DNA from: the human T2T-CHM13v2.0 reference genome, Homo sapiens | Direction: 5' to 3' (one strand) | DNA length: 64,000 nt | Assembly (NCBI RefSeq): GCF_009914755.1 | Contig: NC_060931.1 | Shown: in pieces, positions 18,508-31,800 of the stretch | How the letters are laid out: each line of letters begins with the position of its first letter | Position numbering within the stretch: position 1 is the first letter of the stretch | Notes under the pieces: model-generated | The model's input: the letters and a program-made list of their open reading frames with translations, nothing else | What the model was told of the DNA's origin: nothing | Databases searched by the model: none | Translations under genes and position numbers: made by a program

Positions 18508-20095
18508 CAATAGACAGGCCAACAGAGAGACTGGCTAGGGTATTCAGGGCTTGGACTGCTCTTTCGGGAAGTGTGTGCATGAACCCAAGGACCCTTGTTG
18601 GGGAGAGTGAGTGAGAGAGACAGGAGCTGGCAAGGACCAGTGTGAGGAAGAGATGGCATCGAGGAGCTGAGTGTGAGCAGAGGCAGATGAGAGGCAGATA
18701 GAAGAGTGAGTGGGAAAGAAAGGGAGCAGTTTCTCAGAGCAGCAACAATCCTTGCATGACACAAAGCAACTCTGATGCTGGGCCCACTGCAGCCACTATG
18801 ACACCAGTGAGAAATGCCTGTAATTAGGAGGTTGGCAGTTCTCTGGGCCTCAGCCCAGAGTGAGGATGCAGCAAGAATTTCTGAGCCAGGTGATGGAGGA
18901 GACGCAATCAAAACCATTCTAGTCCCATCCCTCCACCGCACCGGCACCACCTCCCTCCCATTTCTCCTCCCCACTATGATTCTCTCTCTCCTCCAAACAC
19001 AACTGATTCTCCTCCTCCATCTGAGGTCCCAGGCCCTGGACGCTCCTCTCAGCCAAGACAGATGTTCATCTGCAAGGAGAGTAGTGCTTGAATTCTTCCA
19101 CTCCTGCATTGGACCTGGTCTGGCCAAGGGCTCTACCCTCTCCTGGCTTCCCTGCCTGCTTCCCTCTTGGCTCCCAAGCCTCCCTTCCAGTCCCCAGGAG
19201 CTGATGGGCAAAGTTGGAAGAAAAAAATCACGAGGTTCCTGTGCTTCCACTTTGAGCCTAGTGTGTATGCTCCTGCAGGTCTCCCTGTGATATGCAGGAC
19301 AGCTGCCAAAACACTGTCAGATTTTTGTTTTCAAACCTAATCCACAACCCTGTTTTTGTGCTACTCGGAACCACTGCATTTTAGCCAAATGACAAACACA
19401 CACCACAGAGCGCAGAGCCAAATGCTCCAGGCAAGGGAGGGATTACAGAGTGCCTGGTGGTTGGATGTGTTTGTGGGTCTCTCACTGTGAACTTTGCTAC
19501 AGGAGCTGGCTGGGCTGGACAGGCTTTCTCCAGGGAGGATCTGCACCTATTAGAGATGAGAGTTCTTCAGGAGAAGGGGGAGGGGGTTGAAGAGCCCCTG
19601 TTGGTGGGTGAAAAGGTAGAAAGGTAGTTTCCTCTTTGTGGATCCCAAACTGTGGGAACATGGCAGGGAGGCTGCTGAGGATCCCAGCTCAAGGTGACCA
19701 GGACCTTTTACATGCGTCTCAATATTTCCATGAAGGACTTGACTCCTAACTAGTCCCCAGCCAATTGTCTACCAGGACCTGAAGCCAACTCCTAAGAATG
19801 CAGGCATTTCCACCAATGACAGTAGAGTTTCTGCCTCACCTCCCAGGGCGATGTCCCATCTCTGTGAAAAGCCACTTCCCAACGATTCAGAAGAGTCTTC
19901 AAGGGGCTGCTCCCAGTAACCCCACTCATCCCAGAAACAGGACAAGACTCGTTGGTCTTGTATGAAGGTCCCTGGGGTCTGGAATGGACCCACCCCACCC
20001 AAGAGCTGCTTCTCTTCCACTAGTGATGGAATCACTGGTGCTGTTGCTCAATTGAGTTTTCCCAAAAAAGTCAGACCTTGCTCCTCTGAAAATAT

Positions 20096-20101
20096 TTTAT
20101 T
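20096..20101 (-). terminator. PRRT4: PRRT4 distal poly(A) signal AATAAA
   Basis: TTTATT on + strand ~510 nt past the stop. Confidence 0.75.
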
Positions 20102-20337
20102 GATAAATTAAGAGCATTCCCCTCCCACCCAACTGCTATAAAGTCTCCTAGATGGGTCATGGACCCCTGTGGGTGTCACATGGAGGAAAGGGAGTCCCAT
20201 TCACACAGGGGTGGGATTCCTAGGCATGGCAGAGGTGGGTAGGGGGCCTGAGGCAGGTCCCAGGGTCCTCTGAGGACAGCCCCTCTCACTCAGCACCAGA
20301 GTGGGGAGTGGTGGTCAGGAGTGGAGCACCTTGGAGC

Positions 20338-20343
20338 TTTATT
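20338..20343 (-). terminator. PRRT4: PRRT4 proximal candidate poly(A) signal AATAAA
   Basis: TTTATT on + strand ~270 nt past the stop. Confidence 0.5.
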
Positions 20344-20611
20344 GCTGGTGAATGCCAAGGAAAATGGGACCCCTGCCAACCTAGATTTGCAGCTGAGGGC
20401 ATCAGCACCCAGGGCTCCAGAGAAGGTGGCACTGATTCCCAATCGATAGAGCCTGGCTGCTGACCCACCCACCCAGGGACCCCTGGATGGGGAAGGAATC
20501 TGGAGAGGTATCTGAGCCAGGGAGGATTGGGGAAGGATTACAGTGTGCAGGTCTCGGGCAGGGCAGGCGCCAGAAAGGGGCATATCGCAGGGTAGCAAGG
20601 TGGCCACCTCT

Positions 20612-22434
20612 TCACAGGTCTATGGTGTCGCTGCCCACGCTCAGCTCGTCGATCTGTCGGCAGGCGTCCAGGAACTGCTCCTGCAGCAAGGCCTCCTCGG
20701 CCTGCAGCTCAGAAGCAGGCTCTGGGGAGTCGCGAGAGGGTGGGGACAGGGCCTGGTAGGATCCTGAGGCCGGGAGGCTGGGGCTGCTTCCTGAGGGCCG
20801 CGGGGGACTGAGGACGCAGACCAGAGGGCAGCGCGGGGGCCTGTCGGGGCTGGAACACAGCAGCATGGACGAGCTGTCCCGCGAGAGTCCGCAGAACGAG
20901 CCAGATGAGACGCTGCTGCCTGCGGGCCAAGCCCCAGGGGAGGGGAGCTCCGGGGGCGCAGCGGGGCCAGAGGCCTCCCCTGATCTCTCACTGGCCCTGC
21001 CCCCGGTCCCCAGCGAGGCGGTGCGGTAGAGTCCGAGCCCAGGCAGAGCGTCCTCGAAGGCAGGGCCCTGGAAGAGGCCAGGCGCAAGCAGGGCCTCGCT
21101 GCAGAGGGCCTCCTCGATGCTGCGTCGCAGGTTGATTGGGGAGGGCGGGCGGAAGTCCACGGTGTAATCGCTGCAGGGAGAGGAAGCCGGGGACGGGGCC
21201 GGGTTGGCCGCCGCGCCTTCGAAGCCCCGGCAACCTCCGCCCTGGAGTAGGAGGTCTGGGCCTGGCCCTGCCAGCGCGCACAGCTGCAGCAGCTCCGCGT
21301 CCCCGCGAGCGATGGCGCTCCCCAGGGGCTCCTTGTCTGGGGGCCCAGTGACCCAGCCTCCCGGCAGCAGCGGAGCCGCGTGGCCCGGGGACAAGCGGAA
21401 GAGCTTGGCCCAGCAGCGCGGCGGCACGCGAGGACTGCAGAGCGCCGGGTAGAGGCCCAGCAGCGCCAACGGGAGCGCGACGCCCACCTCGCCCAGGCGC
21501 AGGCCTAGCTGGAAGGCCCACCAGGGCCAGGGCCCTTCCAGGCCGGATTGGCCGCCGTAGCCCAGGGCGTGCAGCACCTCATAGCCCTGCAGGGCTCCGC
21601 TCAGCAGCCCGAAGGTGCCCGCCACCGGGGCCGTGCGCGCCGCGCGCCGCCAGGACTCCCGAGGGGCGAAGGGGCTGCGCCCCTGCGGCAGGGGTGTGGC
21701 GCCCTTGAAGCCCGACCCTCCCAGGGGCGCCCCGGCCCGCCGCCGCCGCCCGCCCCAGCAGGAGAGCGCCAGCAGCAGCCCGGAAAGGAAAGCGGCGAGA
21801 AAGGCGTGCAGCCCGCGCGAGGCGAGCCGCAGGGGCCGCAGCGGGCGATGCGCGGCGCTCCCGAGGGCGGCGGCGGCCGCCAGCCCCAGCCCCAGGAGCA
21901 GCAGCGCAGCCAGGCCGGTGGGGCACCGCGGCGGGCGCGGCCGGGCCAGCAGCAGGCAGGCCAGCCCCAGGCCGGCAGCCAAGCAGGGCAGCGGAAGGTC
22001 CTGCAGCAGCAGCCAGGCGAGCGCGGGCAGTCGATCCCTGTGCCCATAGGCGTCGTAGAAGAGCGGGAAGGCCCGCGTGGTCCCGGCCGACAGCAGCAGC
22101 AGGTCCAGCAGCGCCAGGCAGGGGGCGCCGGGCGGGCAGCGCCAGGGCAAGAGGGCCAGAGCCAGCAGCGCCAGCAAGGCAACCAGGCCGAAGAGCGCGC
22201 CTACCCCGTACACGTGGGCCTCCCAGGCCAGCCCCCAGCGAGCCCTGGCCTCTGCCCAGTCGGCCTCCAGGGTCAGGAAAAAGAGGGGCCTCGGCGCCTC
22301 GGGAGGCTGCCCCTCGCGTTCAGGCAATTCTCCCACGCTGCAGGACCCTGGCCCACACTCTGGCTGCCCCGAAGGGTTCCCGAGGCTGGCGGGAGGAGAG
22401 AGGTCATCTGGGCCAGAGATGGGGACTGTGGGGT
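20612..22434 (-). CDS. PRRT4: PRRT4 last coding exon (multi-pass TM region and cytoplasmic tail ending DTIDL*)
   Basis: TTCTTTGCCCACAG acceptor, phase 1, 1823 nt to TGA; ORF 20612..22489; exon sum gives 899 aa. Confidence 0.96.
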
Positions 22435-24021
22435 CTGTGGGCAAAGAACGTTTGGCTTGAGGCAATGATGCAGCCCTCCCCTTACCCACCCCACAAGCAG
22501 TAGCCTGAATGCCAGTCAGAGTCCCCTACCGTATCCAGGACACACTTGTCTTACAGATGAGACTCACCCCACCTCTTGGCCTCTCACCTTTCCCTCCCCC
22601 GCGCCCCTATTCAATGTCTTCGCTGGAGTTTGAGCTGTCATCCTTCCCCTCTTCCTTCTCCTACTTCTCGCGCTCTGCCTCGGCCCCCCAGCTCCCTGCT
22701 TGGCTCGTTTGTGATTCTACTAAAGAGTTTTTCTTTGAAGTCACAGAACTTTACAACTGGAAGGAGCCTTAGACACCCCCTCCAGTTCAATCCCCCCACC
22801 AGAAAGGAAGCTTTATGAGAACGGGGATTTTTGTTTCTTTGCTCACATCTGAATCTCCATACTTAAATTAGTTTCTGTCACACAGTTGGAATTTAGCAGA
22901 TATTCATTGACTAAATGAATCCCTGTACTGCCGCATGCAGATACTGAAGCTCTTCTGAGAGGCAAAGTGACCTGCCCAAGGTCACAAATGGGCAGAGCTG
23001 CACCTAGAACCCAGGTCTGAACATCAGTCTGAGCCCCTTTCTGTGATTCCAAAGCCTCGTTCTAACATTAGTGTGCTTATCTCTTGTTCTGCACCCCTGA
23101 CTCCCAACCCCCAACTTAGTGCTAGGAGGAGCTTCCCTGCCCTTTTTCAACTACTCCCCCACCTTATCTCCATCTCAAGGAAAAGCCCACACATGTGCAT
23201 ACACACATACACGCACACACACACACACACGTACATCAGGGGAGAGGTAAGACAATGCTGTCTCAGCACTCTGAGGAAAACATCATTTCTCCTTATTCAT
23301 TGGCCTTCCTGCCTGCTACACCCCAACCCTTAGCCTATCCATGGCAGTGACCCCTATCCTGCGTCATCCACAAAGCCATTGGTCTAACTGTCTTAATATA
23401 GATGGCTCCATGCTTCTCCCCACACTGTACGGAAGGTGACATTGAGATGGACTCCCCCAGGTCTCAAAAGGTGCCCTTAGGAACTCCCAGGGAGAAACTC
23501 TTGGGGACATCATAGTGGGATAAAATGCCATCTAAGTAAGTGAGCCCCTCAGTTGCTCTGGGGTTTGCTATCTTGGGTCCCTAGCCCCATCCTGTGCTCC
23601 AATACCTTCCCATATCCCTTGGAAAAAGGGAAGTCACCTAAGAGAGGGTGAGGAGTAAGATCCTTAATTCTACTCTTCTGGAGCAAGAGAAGAGTTGGGT
23701 AGAGTTAGACTCAAGGATTCTCCCCAGGGCCAGGCAGCAAGGGAAGATGCTGGAAGCTGAACCTCTATCTGCCCTCACCTACAGATTCAGCAGGACCGCA
23801 GCCACAGGCAAGGGTAGAAGAAGAAAGGGTGGCGAAGGATGTGGACAGCCTGGCAGGGATGGATAGGTGGACCAAAGACAGATATGGAATGTGAGAGGAG
23901 GGTGCCTGATAATCACCCAACTGCCTGGCCCTGCCCTGGCCATGCCCTAGCTGGACAACACAGGAAGACCCCAGGAGCACCCCCAGCCACAGGCAGGGTC
24001 AGCTCATGCAGGGGACACTCA

Positions 24022-24582
<561 letters not shown>

Positions 24583-24934
24583 TCACATCCTCAAATCTGA
24601 AATGAGTAAGAGTACCTACTGCATAGGACTGTTGTGAGAAAAATGAGACAACGTGTGTAAAACTCTGGAAAACCTGGTGCATAATGATCCTTCAGTCAAG
24701 ATTGTGTCGTTATCATGATCATCAGCTAATGTTCATCACTGATCCATCATCTGTTTGTGTATGTGTCAGTGTGACTACCTCTGGTCTCAAACAGTTTCTT
24801 GATTCAATTAACTAAAGGCTGCGGTCTGTTTTCAAAGCCTTTCACAGTCCTAAACTTGCGTAGAAAGACAACGATTAGTCAAAGAGTGAACATCAACACA
24901 TTGTCTCACTTTATGAACTCTGTTTAACTAATAA

Positions 24935-25249
<315 letters not shown>

Positions 25250-25733
25250 AAATAATACTTTTCTGATGGCCTACCCACCCCTTAACACTAATAAAGACAC
25301 CAGCCATCAATTAAACGAGAAACTACTTAGCTGGGAATGGAGAGCTTGCTGATCAGGTGGCATAGGTCTGGCAATGGCAGGATCAAATGCACACACCACC
25401 TCACCCCTCATTCTTTGGTCCCTTCAGATGCCCTTGCCCAACCCACTTCCTCTGCAAAGTGATTGGGTTTGCTCCATCTCTCTTTGGCCTCTGTGGCCTC
25501 TGCAGAGGGGCAGGAAGACATGACCTAGGAGCCCACGGTCTGCCCCAGCCTGTCACCCCCTTACCACACCCTCTTTATTCACTGTACAGGTAAGTGCAGC
25601 TGTCAGAGGTTAGCTCCAATTCACCCTCTTCCATCTTTACTTCTCACCCATGGGCCACAGGAAACCTTATCTCTCATCTCTATACCTAAGCTCCATGGCA
25701 ACTACAGCAAATTTCAACATTCATAAGAATCCA

Positions 25734-26040
25734 GGCTGGGCTGGTGGCTCACGCCTGTAATCCCAGCACTTTGGGAGGCTGAGGTGGGCAGATCACAAGG
25801 TCAGGAGTTCCAGACCAGCCTGGCCAACATGGTGAAACCCGACTCTTACTAAAAATACAAAAATTAGCTGGGCATGGTGGCAGACACCTGTAGTCCCAGA
25901 TACTCAGGAGGCTGAGGCAGGAGAATCGCTTGAACCCGGAGGATGCAGTGAGCTGAGATCACACCACTGCACTCCAGCCTGGGTGACAGAGCAAGACTCT
26001 ATCTCAAAAAAATAAATAAATAAAAAATAAAATAAAATAA
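25734..26040 (+). mobile_element. AluS
   Basis: Alu dimer. Confidence 0.92.
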
Positions 26041-26961
26041 ATCCAGAAAAGGAATAAAAACCAGATAATAGGCAAAGTACAGGGGTGGCTCAAGTGTCAT
26101 AAAAGGAGTTCTGAATTAGAAACACTGATCCCATGCTCTGCATGCCCCACACTGGTCCAGGTGTGAATGGGGACAGGTGGAAAAAAAACCTGGCTTCTGC
26201 CTTTGTAGGGTCCTCTTGACCTCATCACCCATCTCCCCATTGGAGGCTTCTCCAGAAAGAGCCTTCAGTTTTCCCCAGAAGAGTCCAGAAGATAGTCATC
26301 TCTGTTCCTCCCTTCCCAGGATCTCTCTCCTGAGCAAGCCTCCTTTACTGGGAGGTCCCTTTCTGGCCCTGTGGGCCCTCTTGACCTCAGTGGCCAGGAG
26401 GAGAGGAGATATCAATGTGAATAACTGGTGAGGCAGGCGCTGGCTGGGGAGGGGTTGTGGGAGGGAACAGTTTGATTCATGGAAAAGTCAGGCCTGATTA
26501 TCCACCAGCTGCCCAGATCAAAGGGCTAGGAATCATGTCTCCACTCTGGATGCTGGAAGCTACAGCCCATTCAGTGGCCTGGCCCCATCCCTCTCCCCAC
26601 CCCCACCTCCAGGTTCATGGAGGGTGGTTACACTTTGTAGGGGTGACACTCAAAATGTCTAGCAACTGAGTTGGCACAGGTGCCAGCCAATCAGAACTGA
26701 CACCAGCCAGAGTGGTCAGGGAGTGGAGGGGAACCCTCTGTGGACTAAGCGAGGTGGGCACTGATTCACTGGTATGAAAGCTGCACACTGATTAACTTGA
26801 TAACTGTTCTGGTATGTATGGACTGAATACAGGCTCTGTCTGAGGTGAAGGGGACCTAAGGCAAGGAGGGCCTAGGAGTCAAAGGTTAGTTGCACTTAGG
26901 TTAGAAAGATTCTAGAGGCAACACAGAGAGACTCCCTTTGTATGGTAACTGCTTGATACAA

Positions 26962-26963
<2 letters not shown>

Positions 26964-27010
<47 letters not shown>

Positions 27011-27021
27011 CTCTCTCTCTC
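26964..27021. repeat. (CA)n(CT)n microsatellite
   Basis: direct. Confidence 0.95.
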
Positions 27022-27709
27022 TGCTGGCAAGAGCAAGGCCCATTGGCGTTCTCTCCAGGAGGCCTATAGCTCTCCTGGGTTTATTTAGAGGTGCAGTATC
27101 AGGGGCTGGGTTCCTGCAGCTACCAGGGAGGAGGGGGAATGAGGTGGGGCCGCCAGCCTGCCCGGCTGCACTGCCTCTGATACTGTCCAGACTCATTAAA
27201 CCTGCCTGGCCAGCGCTGTCACCAAGGCCGACAGACTGCCAGCCAGCATCCTTCCCCTGAGGCACAGAAACTGCCCCCTACCCCCAATCACATCCTGCCC
27301 CTGCTGCACGCTGGGCTGGACAGAGGCATAGCAGGCCCCTCACCCACCATCCAAGGGAGTGCAGTGACTGTGGCTGGAGTGAGCCAGAGAACCAGGTCAT
27401 GGGTTAAGTCTGGAGCTGGAAGAAGCTGGGGAGACCAGTGGTTTCCACTGCTGAGCCTAGTGAGGGGTGACTGAGAAGTTTCACAGCCACAGTAAACCTT
27501 TTGCAGAGCAAAGCTGGGCCTGAAAGCCCCTCAGTCCCTCTCCATGACTCCCTGCCTCATCCACCAGAACCTCTCCTCCAGCTCCTGTGCCCTCTGCTGT
27601 GTGGTTTGTGTTGTCCCACCACTGCCTGGGGCCAAGGCTGAGGTTTCTGAGAGGTAGGGTCTGGAAGTGGATTTGGGATGCAGTGGGGGACAGAAGCAAG
27701 GTTAATAGC

Positions 27710-27920
27710 TACTATTTAATGAGCCTCTACTTTGTGCCCAGCATCATGCTAAGAGCTTTGCAATAACTAGCAAGTACTATTATTAAACCCTGGGTCTATG
27801 AGAAAATTTAGGTTCAGAGAGGTTAAATAACGTGCCTAAAGTCACTAGCTAGTGAGTAAATAAATTGTGATTCAAAGCCAGGTCTCAAGATTCCCGAGCC
27901 TGTGGTCTTTCCTCGTACCA
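27710..27920 (-). mobile_element. MIR
   Basis: GGTTCAGAGAGGTTAAATAACGTGCCTAAAGTCAC core. Confidence 0.7.
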
Positions 27921-28434
27921 CCAGCTTGTCCGTGTGCATGTTCTGAAAGGCTTTCTTGAACGAAGGTGGCATCTGCCTGCTCAAGGTCTCCTCCTCAGTG
28001 TCTTCCCAATGAGAAACCCAGCTCTTCCCATATCTGACAGCATGTCATGTCAGATCAGATGGCAAAGGAAAGAGCCCCAAGGTTGGTGGGGAGTCAGGTC
28101 AGGCAGACTGGAGTGGAGGGTGGGGTTAGTGCCAGGGCTGTGGAAATCATGAAGAAGTTCCTGTGTCTGTTTGTCCCTGATACATCTGTCTACATCCTGC
28201 TCTGCCTCTCATTGCAAAACACTCAGGGGACCATTACTTAACTCTGTGTGGGACTTTCTCCAGCAATACTTTCTCTCAGACCATTCATATATATCTCCAC
28301 GGTGATGATGAAGAGAATGATGATTATGATTATGATGACAATGAAATAAAAGGGTCCCAGAACACTGATGAGTGACTAGCATGTAGTAAGTGCTCAATAA
28401 ATAATTGTCAAGTTCAAATGAATTGGATACTTAC

Positions 28435-28554
28435 CTAATGATGTTGTTGCAATCGAGGCAAAACTTAGGGAAGCAGCTGGGTCCAGAGGACTTGGGCTGG
28501 AGAGCTTCCTCTCCAGGGAGTATGGGGGCAGGGACAGAGTGGTACCAAGGAACC
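28435..28554 (-). CDS. PRRT4: PRRT4 coding exon 3 (GFLGTTLSLPPYSLERKLSSPSPLDPAASLSFASIATTSL)
   Basis: CCCTTTGCAG acceptor, GTAAGT donor, 120 nt, phase 1-1. Confidence 0.93.
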
Positions 28555-28902
28555 CTGCAAAGGGAGCACATGGGGCTCAAGTGCCACCCCACCAACCAGC
28601 CTTGCCTCTGGGAGTTTGGAGAAAATTATGTCCTTCCCCAGAGTTTGTCCTAAGGAAGTCACTGTCCCAGGAATTGTAGCCACATGCTAAGCTCATGTAC
28701 ACCATGAGCTAAGCTACAAAGAGCAAACCAGATTCAGTATGGCAAAGAGAATACTCCTTCCGTGGAAGTAGTAGCCCATATCCTAGGGCCTGGAAGAAGC
28801 AATGCAAGAAAGTAAAAAAAGAAAGGTACTTGTTAGGCTCCTAGCACAGCGCTTGGCACGTAGAGTGTTCCACAATAGTTTATTGCAATGAAATAAACTC
28901 AC

Positions 28903-29007
28903 CCAGAGAACCCGAAACTCCAGAGGCAGAGCTTGTGGATGTAGTTTCACCTGGGGGGCTCAGGCCGGAGAAGTTCCGGAGTGGGGACAGAGTAGTGCCA
29001 AAGAATC
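28903..29007 (-). CDS. PRRT4: PRRT4 coding exon 2 (GFFGTTLSPLRNFSGLSPPGETTSTSSASGVSGSL)
   Basis: TTTTGCAG acceptor, GTGAGT donor, 105 nt, phase 1-1. Confidence 0.94.
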
Positions 29008-29093
29008 CTGCAAAAGAAGCCCAGGCTGAAGCTGCCTCCTACCTGCCAGGGGTGCCCAGCAGGGGCTTTCCTTGGGATGGGGTGGTTACTCAC

Positions 29094-29745
29094 CAAAGGG
29101 TCCCAGGCGCCCAGCAATCTCTGCCAGGCTGGCCCGCAGGCTGGGCAGCAGGGGCAGCGTTCGATGCCCAAGCGTGGGGGCTGCACCTGCTCTCAGTGCC
29201 ATGTCAAACTTCAGCTCCAGCTCGCTCTGGTGGGGCCTGGGAGCACTGGATGGAAGTGCTGTCACCATCAGAGCAGTGTCCCAGGTCACAGTGCTCCTCC
29301 TGGGCTGATAGGGGGCAGTGGGCCCATCGCTGGGCCCAGAGCGCCGGGATGTGGACTCCGGAAGCAGGGAGGAGGCCCGGGGCTTTGAGCCACCTTCGGT
29401 GGAGCCCCACTCAGTGAGAGAGTTCCCTGAGGAGCCCACCAGCAATTCCCAAAGGGGGTCAGTCCTCAGCCCACTGGCCACCTCTTCCCCTGGCTCCTGG
29501 CCTGGCCCAAGAGAGAGTGGCTGGGTCTCTGTGACTGGGCTCCCCCAGACAGCAGCAGGTCCCCGAAGATGGAATTTGAAGTTAAGTCCCAGGTTGAGAG
29601 ACAGCATAGAGGCCTCACTTTGAGGTACGGGTGTCAAAGTGGTGGCAGGGGCACCTGGGATGGAGGGGGTGGGCTGGGGGCCCACAGTAGCAGCAAACAG
29701 GACGCAGCAGAACAGTCCCAGCCCTAGACAGCCATGCCTGGCCAT
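29094..29745 (-). CDS. PRRT4: PRRT4 first coding exon (signal peptide MARHGCLGLGLFCCVLFAATVG plus Pro/Ser/Thr-rich ectodomain); exon begins at 29817
   Basis: GCCATGG Kozak, GTGAGT donor, CTCTCTCCAG acceptor 72 nt upstream of the ATG; ORF 29086..29745. Confidence 0.96.
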
Positions 29746-30727
29746 GGCCCCACCTGGCTTCGGGTGGCCTTGGTGGGCAGGGACTCAGTTATTCAGCAGC
29801 TTTTGAGGAGGAAGGTCCTGGAGAGAGGAGAGGCCCTGTGAGCCCTGGCTGTGGCCCCCCTCTTCCCTTTCCCAGGATCGGATGTCCCAGAGAGAGGCTT
29901 CTGATCTCAGAGAAGCAGGTAGTGTGGGCAGGATGCAAAGTGTCCTGTCCATGGCTCTGGCTCTTCTTGCCGGGCCCTTCCTGTACCTTCAGGCCCCAGC
30001 ACAAATCCCTGCCTGGGGGTTCCTCCTTCCCCCTCTGCTCATGCAGAAGCTGGGGTCTGACTGCAACCAGGGGCCCTCATCCTTAACTAGTAGCAAAAGG
30101 GATGGACTTGGGCTTCCAGACATGGATTCCTCTCTTCCTTCCCTCTGCTGAGCCTCAAGTCTTTACGCAGGCTTACCGTTTGCCAAGCACCCTTCTGGGC
30201 ATATAACTGTGAACAAGCAAGCCCTTCCGATGTCTTGACCTATTCCAACCCCCACCTCCCGCCCCAGCCAGAAGTGCTGGCGCCCTCACTCTCAGACCCC
30301 AGGGGGCACAGGGCCTCGGGAGGGGTAAAGCCAGAGCTGAGTGATCTGGCCCAGTCAGAAGGCCGCCCAGGCTCTGGCCAGAGAAGCAAGGTTCCCAATC
30401 TGGCAGAAGCACCCTCCCTCCCGCCCCTCCCGTTTCCTGGGGCTGGGCCTGTTCCCTTCCCTAGGACCCTTGAAGTATTCGGGGGAGGGGCAGCTTGGCG
30501 ATCTCCGGCTTCCTGGAGGAGAACGCCAGGCAGGCAAGCTGGGCGAACTGCAGGCAGCTGCGGCGGACTCCTACCCCCTCCCCAGAACTCTCTCCTCTGT
30601 GCGCACACATCTGGTGGGGGAAGGGAGGGTGAGCCAGGGACACACATGCACCCGGCACCCTTACATCACACACATAGCCACATCTAGCGCCCGTGACACA
30701 CTCACCCGTCACATACCCCCCTGCCCC

Positions 30728-30821
30728 TGCACGCGCGCGCGCACACACACACACACACTCCGTCCTGCCGAGCCACTCTCCTCCCTGCATGGGTTCAAAC
30801 CCAAGCTCTGTGAGCCCCCGG

Positions 30822-30892
<71 letters not shown>
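30728..30892. repeat. (CG)n(CA)n and (TC)n(CA)n microsatellites in the PRRT4 5' intron
   Basis: direct. Confidence 0.93.
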
Positions 30893-30894
<2 letters not shown>

Positions 30895-30989
30895 CATGTA
30901 CTGTACAGAGATGCACACCCCCTACACACATTCACACACACAGACATGCCACACACCGCCATCCCCCCACACTCGTACACGCCCACCAC

Positions 30990-31800
30990 CCCTCGCAGGC
31001 ACACATGCACACACGCGCGCGCACACGCACACACACCCCCAGCCCGGACCGGCCGACCTGCTCCCCGGGGTCTCTCCCGCAGGCAGGTCTCCTCGCCGAG
31101 TCTCCGAAAAGGGGCGGTCGTGGCGGCCCTGGCGCCCAGCTGGGCAACGCTTCGTGGTATCTCACCGCTTCTCTCTGTTGTGCCCAGCGCCCCGACTGAA
31201 GATCCGGACCTCCAGCCCCCGGCGGCCCCTCGCCTAGTCCAGAGACCGCAGCCTCGCCGCCCCGCTGCCCCTGAGCCGCCCCCGGCCCAGCCCCGGCCCG
31301 CAGCGCTCTCACCAGGCGGGCGGCCAGGCCCCGCGCTCCGCACTCCGCACTCCGCGCTCCCTCCCAGCGGCGCCGCCTCCTGGCTCCGAGCCTCGCTCCC
31401 CGGCGAAGCCGCCCGCGCCGGGGCTCCGCGGCAGCCGGCTCTGACGGCCCTCCCGTCCGCCCGCCCTCGCTCCCGCGCCCTCTCTCCTCCTCCTCCTCCT
31501 CCTCCTCCCACCCAGCCCGCCACCCGCGGTCCCCCCACACCCGGGCGGGCAGGCAGGCGCTCACAGCAGCGCGGAGCCGCGGCCACCTCGGTGCCGGGCG
31601 CCTCCACGCGCGCTCATTCACCCAGCGCTGTCAATCAGCCGCGGCGGGCGCCTCGCTGTGAGCCTGGCGAGAGCAATCACACACTCCCAGGGCGGCCCAG
31701 CACACACATCCACACGCGCGCCAGGAAACACACTCGCAGGTCAGAGGGCGCGCGCACACACGCGCACACATGGCAGCCTGCCCCAGGATGGCACCCCGGG
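30990..31800 (-). promoter_or_regulatory. PRRT4: PRRT4 CpG-island promoter and non-coding first exon (candidate donor CTG|GTGAGA at 31313/31312)
   Basis: Very high GC/CpG upstream of the first coding exon, (GGA)n at ~31483-31508; exact TSS cannot be determined. Confidence 0.75.

Noticed and set aside
18390-19290. 286-aa minus and 158-aa plus ORFs
   Set aside because: The long one has a non-ATG start and runs through a dinucleotide repeat; neither has a recognisable domain or exon chain.
20290-20420. TCAGCACC REST half-sites near PRRT4
   Set aside because: No GGACAG right half at a valid spacing.
21548-22468. 306-aa plus-strand ORF and other overlapping ORFs
   Set aside because: Antisense or alternative-frame shadows of the GC-rich PRRT4 exon; low complexity with no motifs.
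27481-27699. PLRNLSLGP resembling PRRT4 PLRNFSGLSP, as a third exon copy
   Set aside because: Similarity too short, wrong splice phase and no matching donor.
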